A stretch of 64,000 nt of DNA. Origin: an uncultured bacterium (GTDB lineage: Bacteria; Chloroflexota; UBA5177; JANWHV01). Position 1 is the stretch's first letter, and each line of letters opens with the position of its first letter. The stretch covers positions 1,152,001 to 1,216,000 of the forward strand of contig CAWHAE010000009.1 of the NCBI GenBank assembly GCA_963827235.1. The letters run 5' to 3'. The notes beneath the pieces are model-generated. The model was not told the origin of the DNA. It worked only from the letters and a program-made list of their open reading frames with translations, and did not search any database. The position numbers and the translations under genes are program-made. This document shows positions 9,945-18,893 of the stretch, in pieces.

Positions 9945-10709
9945 TTACTGATTCGGGGAGTAGCGCAGGGAACCCGGGGTGGTGAGCATCTCACCGGTCT
10001 CCAGCAACGTTTTCAGTCCGGAGAGGATCATCATCCAGCCGCCGAACAGCTCGTCGTTGGCGCCCTCGCGCATCTGGTCATGGGTGACGACCAGCCGGCA
10101 GGAATCTCCCACCCGCTCGATCTCCCAGGTCACCCGGGAAGTCCCCTCGGCCTTGACGTCGTCGCTCCAAAGCGCGTTAAAGCTCTGCACGAGCCGGCGC
10201 GGCGGCTCGACCTCCAGATTCTCGCCCGCCAGGATCGGCGTGGGGGCGAGCGGGCTGGTGCCTTCGTAGGGCGAGCCGGGCGTCCAGTCCGAGGCAACGC
10301 CGACGCCGAAGTTGTATTTCCGCCGCATCTGGGCGTCGGTTATCGCCTGCCACAGGCGTTCGGGCGTCGTCTTGATGTAGATCTCGAACACTTTCTCCAT
10401 GTCTGCCTCCTCGAGATTGCGTTTGAGCCCTGCCAGCGCGGCGGCCCAGGGCTCCGCGTACTTGCTCACCCACCGATCGTGGAGGAGCCTGATCGGAACG
10501 CGGTTCAGGAAGTGCAGCTTCTCGCGACCTCGTCGCCTGGTGATCACCAGTCCTGCCTGCTCGAGCACGCGCAGGTGCTTCATGACGCCGAAGCGCGTCA
10601 TCGGCAGGCTCTGCTCGAGCGCGCTCAGGCTCTGCCCATCCTGCTGGAACAGGGCGTCGAGCAGAGCGCGGCGCGTGGGATCGGCAAGAGCCCTGAATAC
10701 CTCGTCCAT
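9945..10709 (-). CDS. ArsR-family HTH fused to SRPBCC/AHSA1 domain
   Basis: VFRALADPTRRALL...MTRFGVMKHLRVLE; IYIKTTPERLWQAITD...GWMMILSGLKTLLETG. Confidence 0.92.
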   Translation of the reverse strand: MDEVFRALADPTRRALLDALFQQDGQSLSALEQSLPMTRFGVMKHLRVLEQAGLVITRRRGREKLHFLNRVPIRLLHDRWVSKYAEPWAAALAGLKRNLEEADMEKVFEIYIKTTPERLWQAITDAQMRRKYNFGVGVASDWTPGSPYEGTSPLAPTPILAGENLEVEPPRRLVQSFNALWSDDVKAEGTSRVTWEIERVGDSCRLVVTHDQMREGANDELFGGWMMILSGLKTLLETGEMLTTPGSLRYSPNQ

Positions 10710-10716
10710 GTAGCAC

Positions 10717-10746
10717 ATTATATGTGACTATTTGGTCACATGTCAA
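10717..10746 (-). promoter_or_regulatory. Consensus sigma-70 promoter TTGACA-18-TATAAT with ATGTGAC-N6-GTCACAT operator; leaderless start
   Basis: tgtcaa 10741-10746, attata 10717-10722, inverted repeat 10722-10741. ATG is 7 nt downstream of the -10. Confidence 0.8.
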
Positions 10747-10767
10747 GCCGGCTTGAGGGTGAGCTCT

Positions 10768-10925
10768 CTAGTCAGCGCCTTCGAGCGGGACGCGCTCGTC
10801 GTCGCCGAGGAAGCTCTACCAGGGCGTGTCGATCACTCCGGGCGACACCGCGTTCACGCGTAGCGGCGCCAGCTCAACGGCCAGCGGCGGCACCGGCGCC
10901 TCGACCGCAACCGAGCCGGTGTTGC
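10768..10925 (-). pseudogene. Short-chain dehydrogenase (SDR) gene remnant
   Basis: Minus frame reads VEAPVPPLAVELAPLRVNAVSPGVIDTPW*SFLGDDER. TAG at 10816-10818 falls where W (TGG) is expected. No N-terminal half. Confidence 0.7.
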
Positions 10926-10995
10926 GCCTGCTCTCACCGCGACTATGCCCCTGTCGCGCCAAGGCTGTGCGCACCGGTGTGGCATGGCCGGGCGC

Positions 10996-11343
10996 TCAGA
11001 ACAGCCACACCAGGGTGGCGCGCGGAGCGTCCGGGGAAGTTGCCAGAACGGACCCGCGGCAACCGGCCTGGCTCTCGATGCGTAGCCGCAGGGCATCGAG
11101 GCCGAGTCCCCCGGGGAGCGGGCGAGAAGAGCCGCGGCCCTTGAGCCATATGCGACACGTGATGCCTTCGCCGAGCGTGGACGGCATCACCTCTACCATG
11201 CCTACTGCCGGATGCTCACGCAGGTGAGCAGTGGCCTGCATCACGAGGGCGAGGCAACGGCGGTAATAGAGCGGGCGAGGCTCAGGCCAGGCATGGTCGC
11301 TAGCTGCCATGTACCACCTCTTCTCTACTTGAGGGTAGCCCAT
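10996..11343 (-). CDS. Hypothetical protein
   Basis: Open frame with protein-like composition directly downstream of the MBL gene. No recognised motif; start uncertain. Confidence 0.35.
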   Translation of the reverse strand: MGYPQVEKRWYMAASDHAWPEPRPLYYRRCLALVMQATAHLREHPAVGMVEVMPSTLGEGITCRIWLKGRGSSRPLPGGLGLDALRLRIESQAGCRGSVLATSPDAPRATLVWLF

Positions 11344-11401
11344 GGCGTCGTTCTGCGCGCGGCGACTGCTATCCGCGGGCCAAGGCGGCGGCAGGCACCG
11401 C

Positions 11402-12178
11402 CTACTTGCTGCTGCCCGGCCCGTCTTCCCGGAAGCGAGCCATGGCCGCATGGTAGTCCGCAGCGCTGCCGGTATGGGCGGTAACCAGGAGCTCGACGCC
11501 GTCGAGCAGACCCTGCATGCCGGAGGCTAGACGCCGGATGGAGGCCACCGACTGGTCGGAATCGTTGTTCATTGCCGGCCAGGTCACTTCGGCCACACCG
11601 TTGCGCAGCATCAGCAGGTCGCCCGTGAACAGCCAGCGGCCGTTGACCAGGTAGCTGGTGGAGCCCGGCGTGTGGCCCGGAGTGAGGATGGCGCGGACGG
11701 TGATGCTGCCGTGTGTGGCGGTCTCGCCATCGGCAATCGTCGAATAGGGCCGGCCAAAGCCGTGGCGAGCTCGCATGGAGAAGAAGAACATGCGTCGTGG
11801 TGCCGCACCTGTCGCCACGGGCACCTCGGCCTCGGGCAGGATGACGCGCGCCCTGGAGTAGAGATCGAGGGCGCCGACGTGATCCCGGTCGGAGTGAGTG
11901 AGATAGACGGCATCGACGGTGTCCGGATCGACCGGCAGGGTGGCCAGGGCGCGGGCAAAGCGGTCTCGCCGCATGCCCGCGTCAATGGCGATGCTCGTGT
12001 GTCCATCGCTGATTACGTAGCCGGCTACGTTTCCGTCCCGGATGGCCCAGAGTCCTTCGGCCCGCGGGCCCGTTACGCAGACATTGCGCATGGGGGCAAA
12101 TCCACGCATGGCGCGAACGACTGCCACGGCCAATCCGGCGACGGCAATCAGAACGGCCGGCAGGATCTTCTTTGGCAT
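11402..12178 (-). CDS. MBL-fold metallo-hydrolase with N-terminal membrane anchor
   Basis: IDAG, THSDRDHVG, TPGHTPG, FTGD, TAHTG. Confidence 0.9.
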   Translation of the reverse strand: MPKKILPAVLIAVAGLAVAVVRAMRGFAPMRNVCVTGPRAEGLWAIRDGNVAGYVISDGHTSIAIDAGMRRDRFARALATLPVDPDTVDAVYLTHSDRDHVGALDLYSRARVILPEAEVPVATGAAPRRMFFFSMRARHGFGRPYSTIADGETATHGSITVRAILTPGHTPGSTSYLVNGRWLFTGDLLMLRNGVAEVTWPAMNNDSDQSVASIRRLASGMQGLLDGVELLVTAHTGSAADYHAAMARFREDGPGSSK

Positions 12179-12336
12179 ATTCCTTACTCCCTGGAGTGCT
12201 TCGTTTCCCATACACAATTGTAGAGCTGTCCGAGGCTCCCGTCTGTTTGGGGGATGGGCGCCCCAGCCGCCATGATCTAGACTTTGCTCACGAGCAGGTG
12301 TCTGGTCTGGGCACCTCGACTCCTGGGGAGTGGGGA

Positions 12337-14220
12337 GTGCACCAGAGTTTCGAGCGGGCGGACGACCACATTGCCTGGCTTCTGCAGACTACCAACCGCA
12401 TGGTGGGCTGCACTACCGTGCCGTCCTTGCTGGACCTGGCCTACGACGCCATCCGCGGTGGTCTGGGCTACGACCGGGTCGGCCTCATGGTGGTTGACGT
12501 AGACGGTGTCCGGCTGGTGGAGCACGTCGGCACGGATGACCACGGGCAGAAGTTCCACCCGCCCATGCGTGCCTCTTGCCTGGCAGACGGCGACTATCAC
12601 GCCCGCCTGCTTGCCGACCCCCGGCTCCAGGCCTCCGGGCCAGGCTTCATCCTCTGGGACGATCCCTATCATGGCGTGCCGGACCAAGCCGTGGTGCGCT
12701 TCGACGGGCACCCGGACCAGATCCTGCGCGTCGCTTTGCGCCTGCCCGACCGCGTGACCGGCCTCATATCGGTGGACAACCTCATCACGGGCCGTCGGAT
12801 CACGCCGGCCGATGCTCCGCCGCTGGTCGCCTTTGCCAATGCGCTAGCAGCCGCCCTGCGCAGCGTGCAGATGCTCGAGGATCGAGAGCGCCGGGTAGCA
12901 GCGCTAGACACGGACCTGCGGCAGCGGGTAGCGGAGCTGGAGTGGCTGCGCGAGATCAGCCGGGAGGTGAACGCCGGTGGATCCCTTGAGGCCGTGCTCG
13001 ACACCGTGTACGACGGCATTCGCGCCGGCCTCCGCTACGATCGGGTCGGCATCGAGCTGTTGGATTACGATGCAAACACCTTTGTCGAGTACCTCGGCAC
13101 CGATGCTGCCGGCAACAAGACACGCCCTACCAGTCGCGTGGCGAGTCTCAGCCAGGATAGCGACATATGGACCATGCCGGGAGTGGCGGCGGTTCTCCGA
13201 GGCGCCGAGTACTACTACACGACCAACGCTTATGCTGAATGGCCGGAAGACACGCGCTTTCGATTCGACGGTATGCCGCGCCAGTTACTGCTGGTTCCGC
13301 TGCACGCGGGCGACAAGGTGGTCGGCATCATCACCGTGGACAACCTGCTAACCGGCCGGCCGATCTGCGAAAGCGATGCGCGCCCGCTGCTGGCCCTAGC
13401 CTATCAGGTCGATACCGCTGTGGAGAACGCGCGCAAGCAGCGGCAGATTCTGCAGGCGGAACGGGCAAATGCTCGTGCCGCCCAGGAGCTGGCTCAGCTT
13501 CGCGACGAGTTCGTGGCTACCGTGAGCCACGAGCTGCGAAGTCCGCTGACCGCGATCATCGGCTACGGTGAGCTGCTCGAAGCGCGTTGGGATCAGCTAG
13601 CCGACGCGCACCGGCGCGAAAGCATCAGGCGCATCGTGCTCTCGGCCAACCGGCAGCTTCGCCTGGTGGAAGATTTGCTCCTGCTCAGCCGGCTGGAGCA
13701 CGGAACGGTGCGGAACGATGGCGTGCCTACGGACATACCGGCCATGGCGCTGCGTGCCGCGGACGAGGTACGCGCCAACTATCCCGACCAGCGCATCGAC
13801 CTCGAGGGCTGCCCGGCCGCCTACGTGCGGGCCGATCCGGACAAGATCGTGCAGATCGTGGTCAATCTGGCCGACAACGCGGCCAAGTACTCGCCAGAAG
13901 GGGAGCCAGTCACCATCTCCTGGGACCTGGAGCGGCGACTGGCGGCAAACGCGCAGTCGGAGGCCGGCCTCTGGGTCGTGCTCCGCGTGCGCGACCACGG
14001 GGCTGGCCTGCCCTCAAGGGGCCGCGAGCGGCTGTTTCAGCGTTTTGGCAGGCTGGATGGAAGCCGGACCCGAAGCGGCCGCGTTGGGACGGGTCTGGGA
14101 CTCTATCTGAGCCGCCAGCTTGCTCGCGCGATGCGCGGCGACCTGGATCTCGAGACAACCGGTCCCCGCGGGAGCGTCTTTCGCCTGTCGCTGCCGGCGG
14201 TCTCAGCCGCGGGAAGCTAG
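12337..14220 (+). CDS. GAF-GAF-HisKA-HATPase sensor kinase (orphan)
   Basis: Two homologous GAF repeats (YDAIRGGLGYDRVGL / YDGIRAGLRYDRVGI), VSHELRSPL, NAAKYS, DHGAG, GTGLGLY. GTG start after GGGGAG. Confidence 0.9.
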   Translation: MHQSFERADDHIAWLLQTTNRMVGCTTVPSLLDLAYDAIRGGLGYDRVGLMVVDVDGVRLVEHVGTDDHGQKFHPPMRASCLADGDYHARLLADPRLQASGPGFILWDDPYHGVPDQAVVRFDGHPDQILRVALRLPDRVTGLISVDNLITGRRITPADAPPLVAFANALAAALRSVQMLEDRERRVAALDTDLRQRVAELEWLREISREVNAGGSLEAVLDTVYDGIRAGLRYDRVGIELLDYDANTFVEYLGTDAAGNKTRPTSRVASLSQDSDIWTMPGVAAVLRGAEYYYTTNAYAEWPEDTRFRFDGMPRQLLLVPLHAGDKVVGIITVDNLLTGRPICESDARPLLALAYQVDTAVENARKQRQILQAERANARAAQELAQLRDEFVATVSHELRSPLTAIIGYGELLEARWDQLADAHRRESIRRIVLSANRQLRLVEDLLLLSRLEHGTVRNDGVPTDIPAMALRAADEVRANYPDQRIDLEGCPAAYVRADPDKIVQIVVNLADNAAKYSPEGEPVTISWDLERRLAANAQSEAGLWVVLRVRDHGAGLPSRGRERLFQRFGRLDGSRTRSGRVGTGLGLYLSRQLARAMRGDLDLETTGPRGSVFRLSLPAVSAAGS

Positions 14221-15314
14221 AAGCCCAGCGGATTGCGCCTGCCGTAGCCGACCAGCTCCGTGTAGGAACGGCCGGCAATCGGCTTGCCCTGCAGTGTGCC
14301 TGCCACCAGGCAGCTTCCCTCCCAGTAGGATGGGCCGAGGCCGAGTGGATCCACGACCTCCTGAGCCGCCATGACCGGCGTCACCTGCGCGTCCAGCCCA
14401 AGCGCCGGTACGACGATGTGCCAGCCTTGCGGATAGCGGGCGCCGGTGGCGGGACTGGTCCACGACTGCGTTGAAGGGGTCATCTGCGAGCCGGTGTAGA
14501 CCATCTGCGAGCCGTCTGGGAAGCTGGCAGAGGCGCTCTTGGTCACGGTGTGCGGGCCGTCGAAGTTGACGAGCACCACGCTGGTACCGTTGTCGAGCTG
14601 TACGCCCATCCAGTCCCAGCCGCGAATGGCAGCCCACTTCCAGCTGCCCCACTGATGGTCCATCCACGTGGTGCCGGTGACGGCATAGGAGCGGCCGCCG
14701 GCGGTGAGGGTGCCCCTGGTACGCAGGTTGGTCAGGCTGTAGTAGTACGAGTAGCCGCCGCTGCCCATCGGCACCACGCCCTGGCCGCCCTCCAACAAGG
14801 GCCGGCGGGCGGTATCGACGGTCAGGTCGATCGAGCCGGCGCTGATGGCGCCTCGCAGGTGGTAGGACAAGTCGGGGCCCGGCAGGGTATCGATTGCCGC
14901 CGAGACGCTGTCGCCGGCAGCGCGGATCGACAGGCTCGAGGTCGACATAATCGTCTTGGGTGGATGAGGCACAACGTAGTCGACGCCGGCGTGGAACTGC
15001 TTAGCCGCTTCGTCGGTGATTGCGAAGTCGAGGCGATAGCCCTCGTCCACGGGGGACAACGGGAACACCGTCTTCAGGCCCTGCAGCTTGAAGGTGACCA
15101 GCTCGAAACCGAATGCGCGACCGGCGGCGTCCCGGAGATGGCCGGTGAAGTACCACCATTCGGTCTGCGCGTCCGGGTGCATGCGTGCGTCGGCCGGAAG
15201 CGCGACTGCGGCGTAGGCCGCGGGGCGGGCGAGCGCAGCGGCCGGCGCCGCCTGGCAGAGGGCGACCACGGCCAGGGCCGCCAGCCAGCGTGAGATTGAC
15301 TTACTCCTAGCCAC
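14217..15314 (-). CDS. Secreted AttH/CrtC-like (lipocalin-fold) protein
   Basis: HPDAQTEWWYFTGHL, SYYYS, WMDHQW, GWDW, YWEG, YTELVGY; signal peptide. Start may be 15356. Confidence 0.88.
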   Translation of the reverse strand: MARSKSISRWLAALAVVALCQAAPAAALARPAAYAAVALPADARMHPDAQTEWWYFTGHLRDAAGRAFGFELVTFKLQGLKTVFPLSPVDEGYRLDFAITDEAAKQFHAGVDYVVPHPPKTIMSTSSLSIRAAGDSVSAAIDTLPGPDLSYHLRGAISAGSIDLTVDTARRPLLEGGQGVVPMGSGGYSYYYSLTNLRTRGTLTAGGRSYAVTGTTWMDHQWGSWKWAAIRGWDWMGVQLDNGTSVVLVNFDGPHTVTKSASASFPDGSQMVYTGSQMTPSTQSWTSPATGARYPQGWHIVVPALGLDAQVTPVMAAQEVVDPLGLGPSYWEGSCLVAGTLQGKPIAGRSYTELVGYGRRNPLGF

Positions 15315-15450
15315 GGGCACCACTCCCTTGTCGCCAACACCGAGCCGGCGAGCCATCGCGCGGCCACAGAGCTTTCTCGAGCGCCGGAGCTACCGGCTGC
15401 CACTGCATCAGTACCAGTTTCACGGCCTGTAAGGCAAGCATGGACAACTC

Positions 15451-15488
15451 TGTAGACATACTAGAACTAACGTTCTAGTATGTCTACA
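15451..15488. promoter_or_regulatory. Perfect 17-bp inverted repeat: symmetric bidirectional promoter with central LexA (SOS) box
   Basis: TGTAGACATACTAGAAC-taac-GTTCTAGTATGTCTACA. Centre is GAAC-N4-GTTC; TAGACA-17-TAGTAT is present on both strands. Confidence 0.75.
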
Positions 15489-15535
15489 CGGGTGGGCGAA
15501 GTGTTCGCGCACCGTTGTTGGGACAGGAGAAAACC

Positions 15536-15712
15536 ATGGTCACCGCCGAACGCGACTTTCACCGCTCTCATCGCCGCGTCTATGCCGTGCGGAGGTCGCG
15601 GACCGCCGACCGGCCCTGGCGCCATCCGCAGTTCGCCGGAGACGTCGTGCTCGCCCTGTTCGGCCTGTACGTGCTCTACCTCCTGGCAAGCGTGGTGGCC
15701 TCGCTGCCGTAG
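15536..15712 (+). CDS. 58-aa small membrane protein (basic N-terminus, single C-terminal TM helix)
   Basis: AGGAG SD 6 nt before ATG; hydrophobic VVLALFGLYVLYLLASVVASLP; GC3-rich codons. Confidence 0.7.
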   Translation: MVTAERDFHRSHRRVYAVRRSRTADRPWRHPQFAGDVVLALFGLYVLYLLASVVASLP

Positions 15713-15968
15713 AATTGGTGGGCGGCCTCCAGAAGTGGTCGGATGGCAGCAGATGGGGGACTGCGGTCCCGAGGAATGGGTTCGGAGACGGGCCTTCCGA
15801 AGTCGCAGATGCCGGGAACGAGCGGCCTGGCCTCCATCGGCGGGAGGGCAGTGACAGGCCGGCTGCGGCCGGTTGGTGCGCGGCCGCAGTCGCCGTCTGC
15901 CGGTATGACTCCGCGGAGTCATGCTGCATGCGCTCATGGCGGGCAGCGCTCGGCCCGCCGCGGATGCC

Positions 15969-17690
15969 TCAGTCGCCGGGATCGTTCAGGCGGGCGAGAA
16001 GGCCGCGCAGGAACTGGTAGCCACCGAACACGATGGCGCCCCAGGCGACTACGTAGGTGCCGCCGGACGCGGCGGCCTGGTAGGTGACGACGGTGACGAT
16101 CGTGCCGCCGATACACCACAGCCCGCCCAGCACCATGTCGCGGTTGGCCCGCAGGCGGTAGGCGCCGGTGCGGGCCGCAGACGGGCGGTTCTCGCGCAGC
16201 GCGGTGGCGGGCGCCAGGTAGCCGACCGTGGCGGCGTCGATCCGCACCATGTGCCAGGTGCCCGACTCCTGCCGTGCTTCGCCGATGACCAGCAGGGGGG
16301 CACCGGGATCCAGGCGCAGCAGGATGCGCGAGCCGGCATCGGGCTCCTCGTAGAGCGTGGCGTCGCCGGCTACGCGTGCCGTGTAGCAGATGAAGAGCTG
16401 GGCCCCGCAGGGGATGTAGCCGGCGGGCCCGCCGTCCGGCAGCTTGACGGGACGCCAGAGCGATGCGGGGTCAAGCGCGAGGAAGGTAAACAGCTCCTGA
16501 CCCCGGGGTAGCGTGGCGATCGGATCGACGGTGTCGTCCTCCGAGTAGTAAAGGGGCGTGCCGTCAATCAGCAGGCGGGCCCGTACGGTCGGCACCGCGC
16601 GCGAGACACGAGCGCTACCTCGGCGGCCGCGCCTCCGGTAGGCGACCAGCCCGGCGACCACGAGCCCGATGGGCACGCCGCCCACGGGCCAGGTGGAGGC
16701 GCCGCTGGAGTAGCTGGTACCTGGGAGGTCCTGCTTGAAGCACGGGGCGGGCGCGATACCGCGAGCCAGGGTGTGGTTTGCCGCGTCGGCCACGGTGACC
16801 TGGGCGTCGTCTATCGAGCAACTGACTGTCTGGGTCGACTGGGTGTCGAGAATGCCGTCGTCATCGGCGGTGTCCTGGAACGAGACGGTACCGTAATCCG
16901 CACCAGAGATGGTGACACGTACGTGCTGATTGGCTGCATAGCCCGTGCCGACCACGGTCAGCGCTCCGGGCGACTCGGCCTCGCCGAGAAAGCCGGCATG
17001 GCAGACGTTTGGATGCGTCGCTTCCAGGTCGCACACGGAGGGCGGCAAGGTGTTGTAGAGGGACTCCGACGAGCTTGCGTCGAACGAGCTCAGCGTGTAG
17101 GTACTGGTATCCGAGCATTCGGGTGAGTGCCGGACGGGCGTGGCCCTATGGGTCGCGCCGTCGGCAGCGACGATGGTGGCGCTGGCCGGTTGGCAATAAT
17201 TGAGGACCATGGCGAGCAAATGCCCGGTGAGACCCGTCTGCACGGTGCTGGTGAACGTGGAGGTCCTGAGGATCGTGGTCGCGCCCTGCGCGGGTAATGC
17301 CGGAGGCGTTCCGGTCTCGCGGCGCAGATTGGCTCCTTGCAGGTTGACGGCGTAGCCGTACAGTGTCCCTCCCACGAGGTTGGTGGTAAGGGTGAGCACC
17401 GCGGTGGATCTGGGAGTGAAGCCGGCGCCCTCCACGGTAAGCAGAGCGGGGTCGTCAGTGTCGCGTGCAAGCCTGCAGAAGGTAGGCGCCGTGGCGGTGT
17501 CGAGGCAGAGCTGCGTGGTGTCGACTTTTGCAACCGTCGGGGTCGGCGCGGCGGCGTGCGCCGAGGCAGAGCCGGGGCGCGGTACGGCAGCCAGGACGAG
17601 CAGGGTTGCGACGGCGATGGTAGGGACGCGGCGTGCGATCGGTGAGAGCAGCGCGGAAAGGGTGAGAGACGGGCGTTCTGCGGCGTCCAA
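15969..17690 (-). CDS. Membrane-anchored hypothetical protein with extracellular beta-rich region and two SH3-like repeats
   Basis: TTG start after AGGAG; signal-like N-terminus; TM VGGVPIGLVVAGLVAY; SH3-like WRPVKLPDGGPAGYIP and WHMVRIDAATVGYL; C-terminal TM pair. Confidence 0.65.
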   Translation of the reverse strand: MDAAERPSLTLSALLSPIARRVPTIAVATLLVLAAVPRPGSASAHAAAPTPTVAKVDTTQLCLDTATAPTFCRLARDTDDPALLTVEGAGFTPRSTAVLTLTTNLVGGTLYGYAVNLQGANLRRETGTPPALPAQGATTILRTSTFTSTVQTGLTGHLLAMVLNYCQPASATIVAADGATHRATPVRHSPECSDTSTYTLSSFDASSSESLYNTLPPSVCDLEATHPNVCHAGFLGEAESPGALTVVGTGYAANQHVRVTISGADYGTVSFQDTADDDGILDTQSTQTVSCSIDDAQVTVADAANHTLARGIAPAPCFKQDLPGTSYSSGASTWPVGGVPIGLVVAGLVAYRRRGRRGSARVSRAVPTVRARLLIDGTPLYYSEDDTVDPIATLPRGQELFTFLALDPASLWRPVKLPDGGPAGYIPCGAQLFICYTARVAGDATLYEEPDAGSRILLRLDPGAPLLVIGEARQESGTWHMVRIDAATVGYLAPATALRENRPSAARTGAYRLRANRDMVLGGLWCIGGTIVTVVTYQAAASGGTYVVAWGAIVFGGYQFLRGLLARLNDPGD

Positions 17691-17870
17691 GGGGCTTCTC
17701 CTAGTCCTAAGCGCGGAGGCCACGCGGGACCGCGCGGCGGCGAAGGCAACGGGCGGAGATTGGTCCTGCCGGCAGCATAGCACGGGTTGTGCAGCGCTCG
17801 GTATGAGTCGATCGGTGCAGGAGGATATAGCACGATTGGCGCGGCACACTATAGGACGATTGGTGCGTCC

Positions 17871-18893
17871 TCAGTCCCAGATCAGGCGGAGCGCGAGGCA
17901 CCCTCCGGCGGGCACCAGGGCCTCGAGACCGGTGGGCGAGCCGCCGGCAGGCGAGAGCCCCGGGAAAGGATCGGGCGCTTCCAGCACTTCTACCGACCGT
18001 GCCGGCAGGATCCAGCCGATCCGGGCCATGCGCGACTGGTGGGCGCGGTTACGCAGGCGGACGAGCGCGGCACATCCATCCGCCGCCTCGGCAAAGGATT
18101 CCAGGGCGATGCAGGATGGATCGACCGTGAGCAGCGGCCCAGCGGCGGGCAGCATTCCCTCCGCGCAGGGACGCAGGTAGGTCTGCAGCTCTCCGGCAGG
18201 CGACGCCGGGAAGTCGGCCGCGTACTCGACCGCCTGAGGCTCGAACAGCTCCGCCATGGCCGCGCGGCCTGCCTTTCTCTTGCCCGTCGCGGCACGTGGC
18301 CGCAGCAAGAGCGTGCAGTAGCTGCAGGCAGGAAGCGGCGGCAACGAGACGGCGACTCTCATAGGAACGGCGCGATGCAGGGTGATGGAGGCGCGGGTGC
18401 AGGCGGCTCGTGCCGCCAGAGTCACGGCCCGCCTTGCCGCCTCGTCGAGATCGGCGGCCTCGACGGCGTCGCCCGTTCCCACTGACACCTCGAGATTGAG
18501 CGTCTTACCGCCGGTGGCCAGGCTGACCTCCAGCACGTCGAGGCCCGGCTGCAGTCGTTCCAGCATGCGCGCCAGGGCGGTGGGCAGGTCTGCTAGCCCG
18601 GCGGGATCCAGGGTCAGCGTCCGCGGCGGGTAGCCGGCGTCGCCAATCCAGGCGTGCGGCAGGCGACGACCGCGCTCGTCCACGATCTCATAGGTCGCGG
18701 CCTCGTCGACCAGGCGCGGATGAAGGTCGATCCGGCCGCCCAGCGGCACGCAGGCCGTGTTCAGGACGCTGACGGCGATCGTGCGCGGATCCTCGGCACC
18801 GCGGATGGCACTGTTCACCCCGGCGGCCACTCGTTCCGCCAGGCGGCCTCCGGTGCTTCCCTTCCGGGAGGGAGGGTCCGTCGTGCCCGTCAC
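17871..18893 (-). CDS. Protein resembling the non-catalytic C-terminal beta domains of GH38 alpha-mannosidases
   Basis: VSVLNT, YEIVDERGRRLP, LPPLPACSYCTL, LESFAEAADG..LVRLRN. GTG start overlaps the upstream TGA. Confidence 0.5.
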   Translation of the reverse strand: MTGTTDPPSRKGSTGGRLAERVAAGVNSAIRGAEDPRTIAVSVLNTACVPLGGRIDLHPRLVDEAATYEIVDERGRRLPHAWIGDAGYPPRTLTLDPAGLADLPTALARMLERLQPGLDVLEVSLATGGKTLNLEVSVGTGDAVEAADLDEAARRAVTLAARAACTRASITLHRAVPMRVAVSLPPLPACSYCTLLLRPRAATGKRKAGRAAMAELFEPQAVEYAADFPASPAGELQTYLRPCAEGMLPAAGPLLTVDPSCIALESFAEAADGCAALVRLRNRAHQSRMARIGWILPARSVEVLEAPDPFPGLSPAGGSPTGLEALVPAGGCLALRLIWD

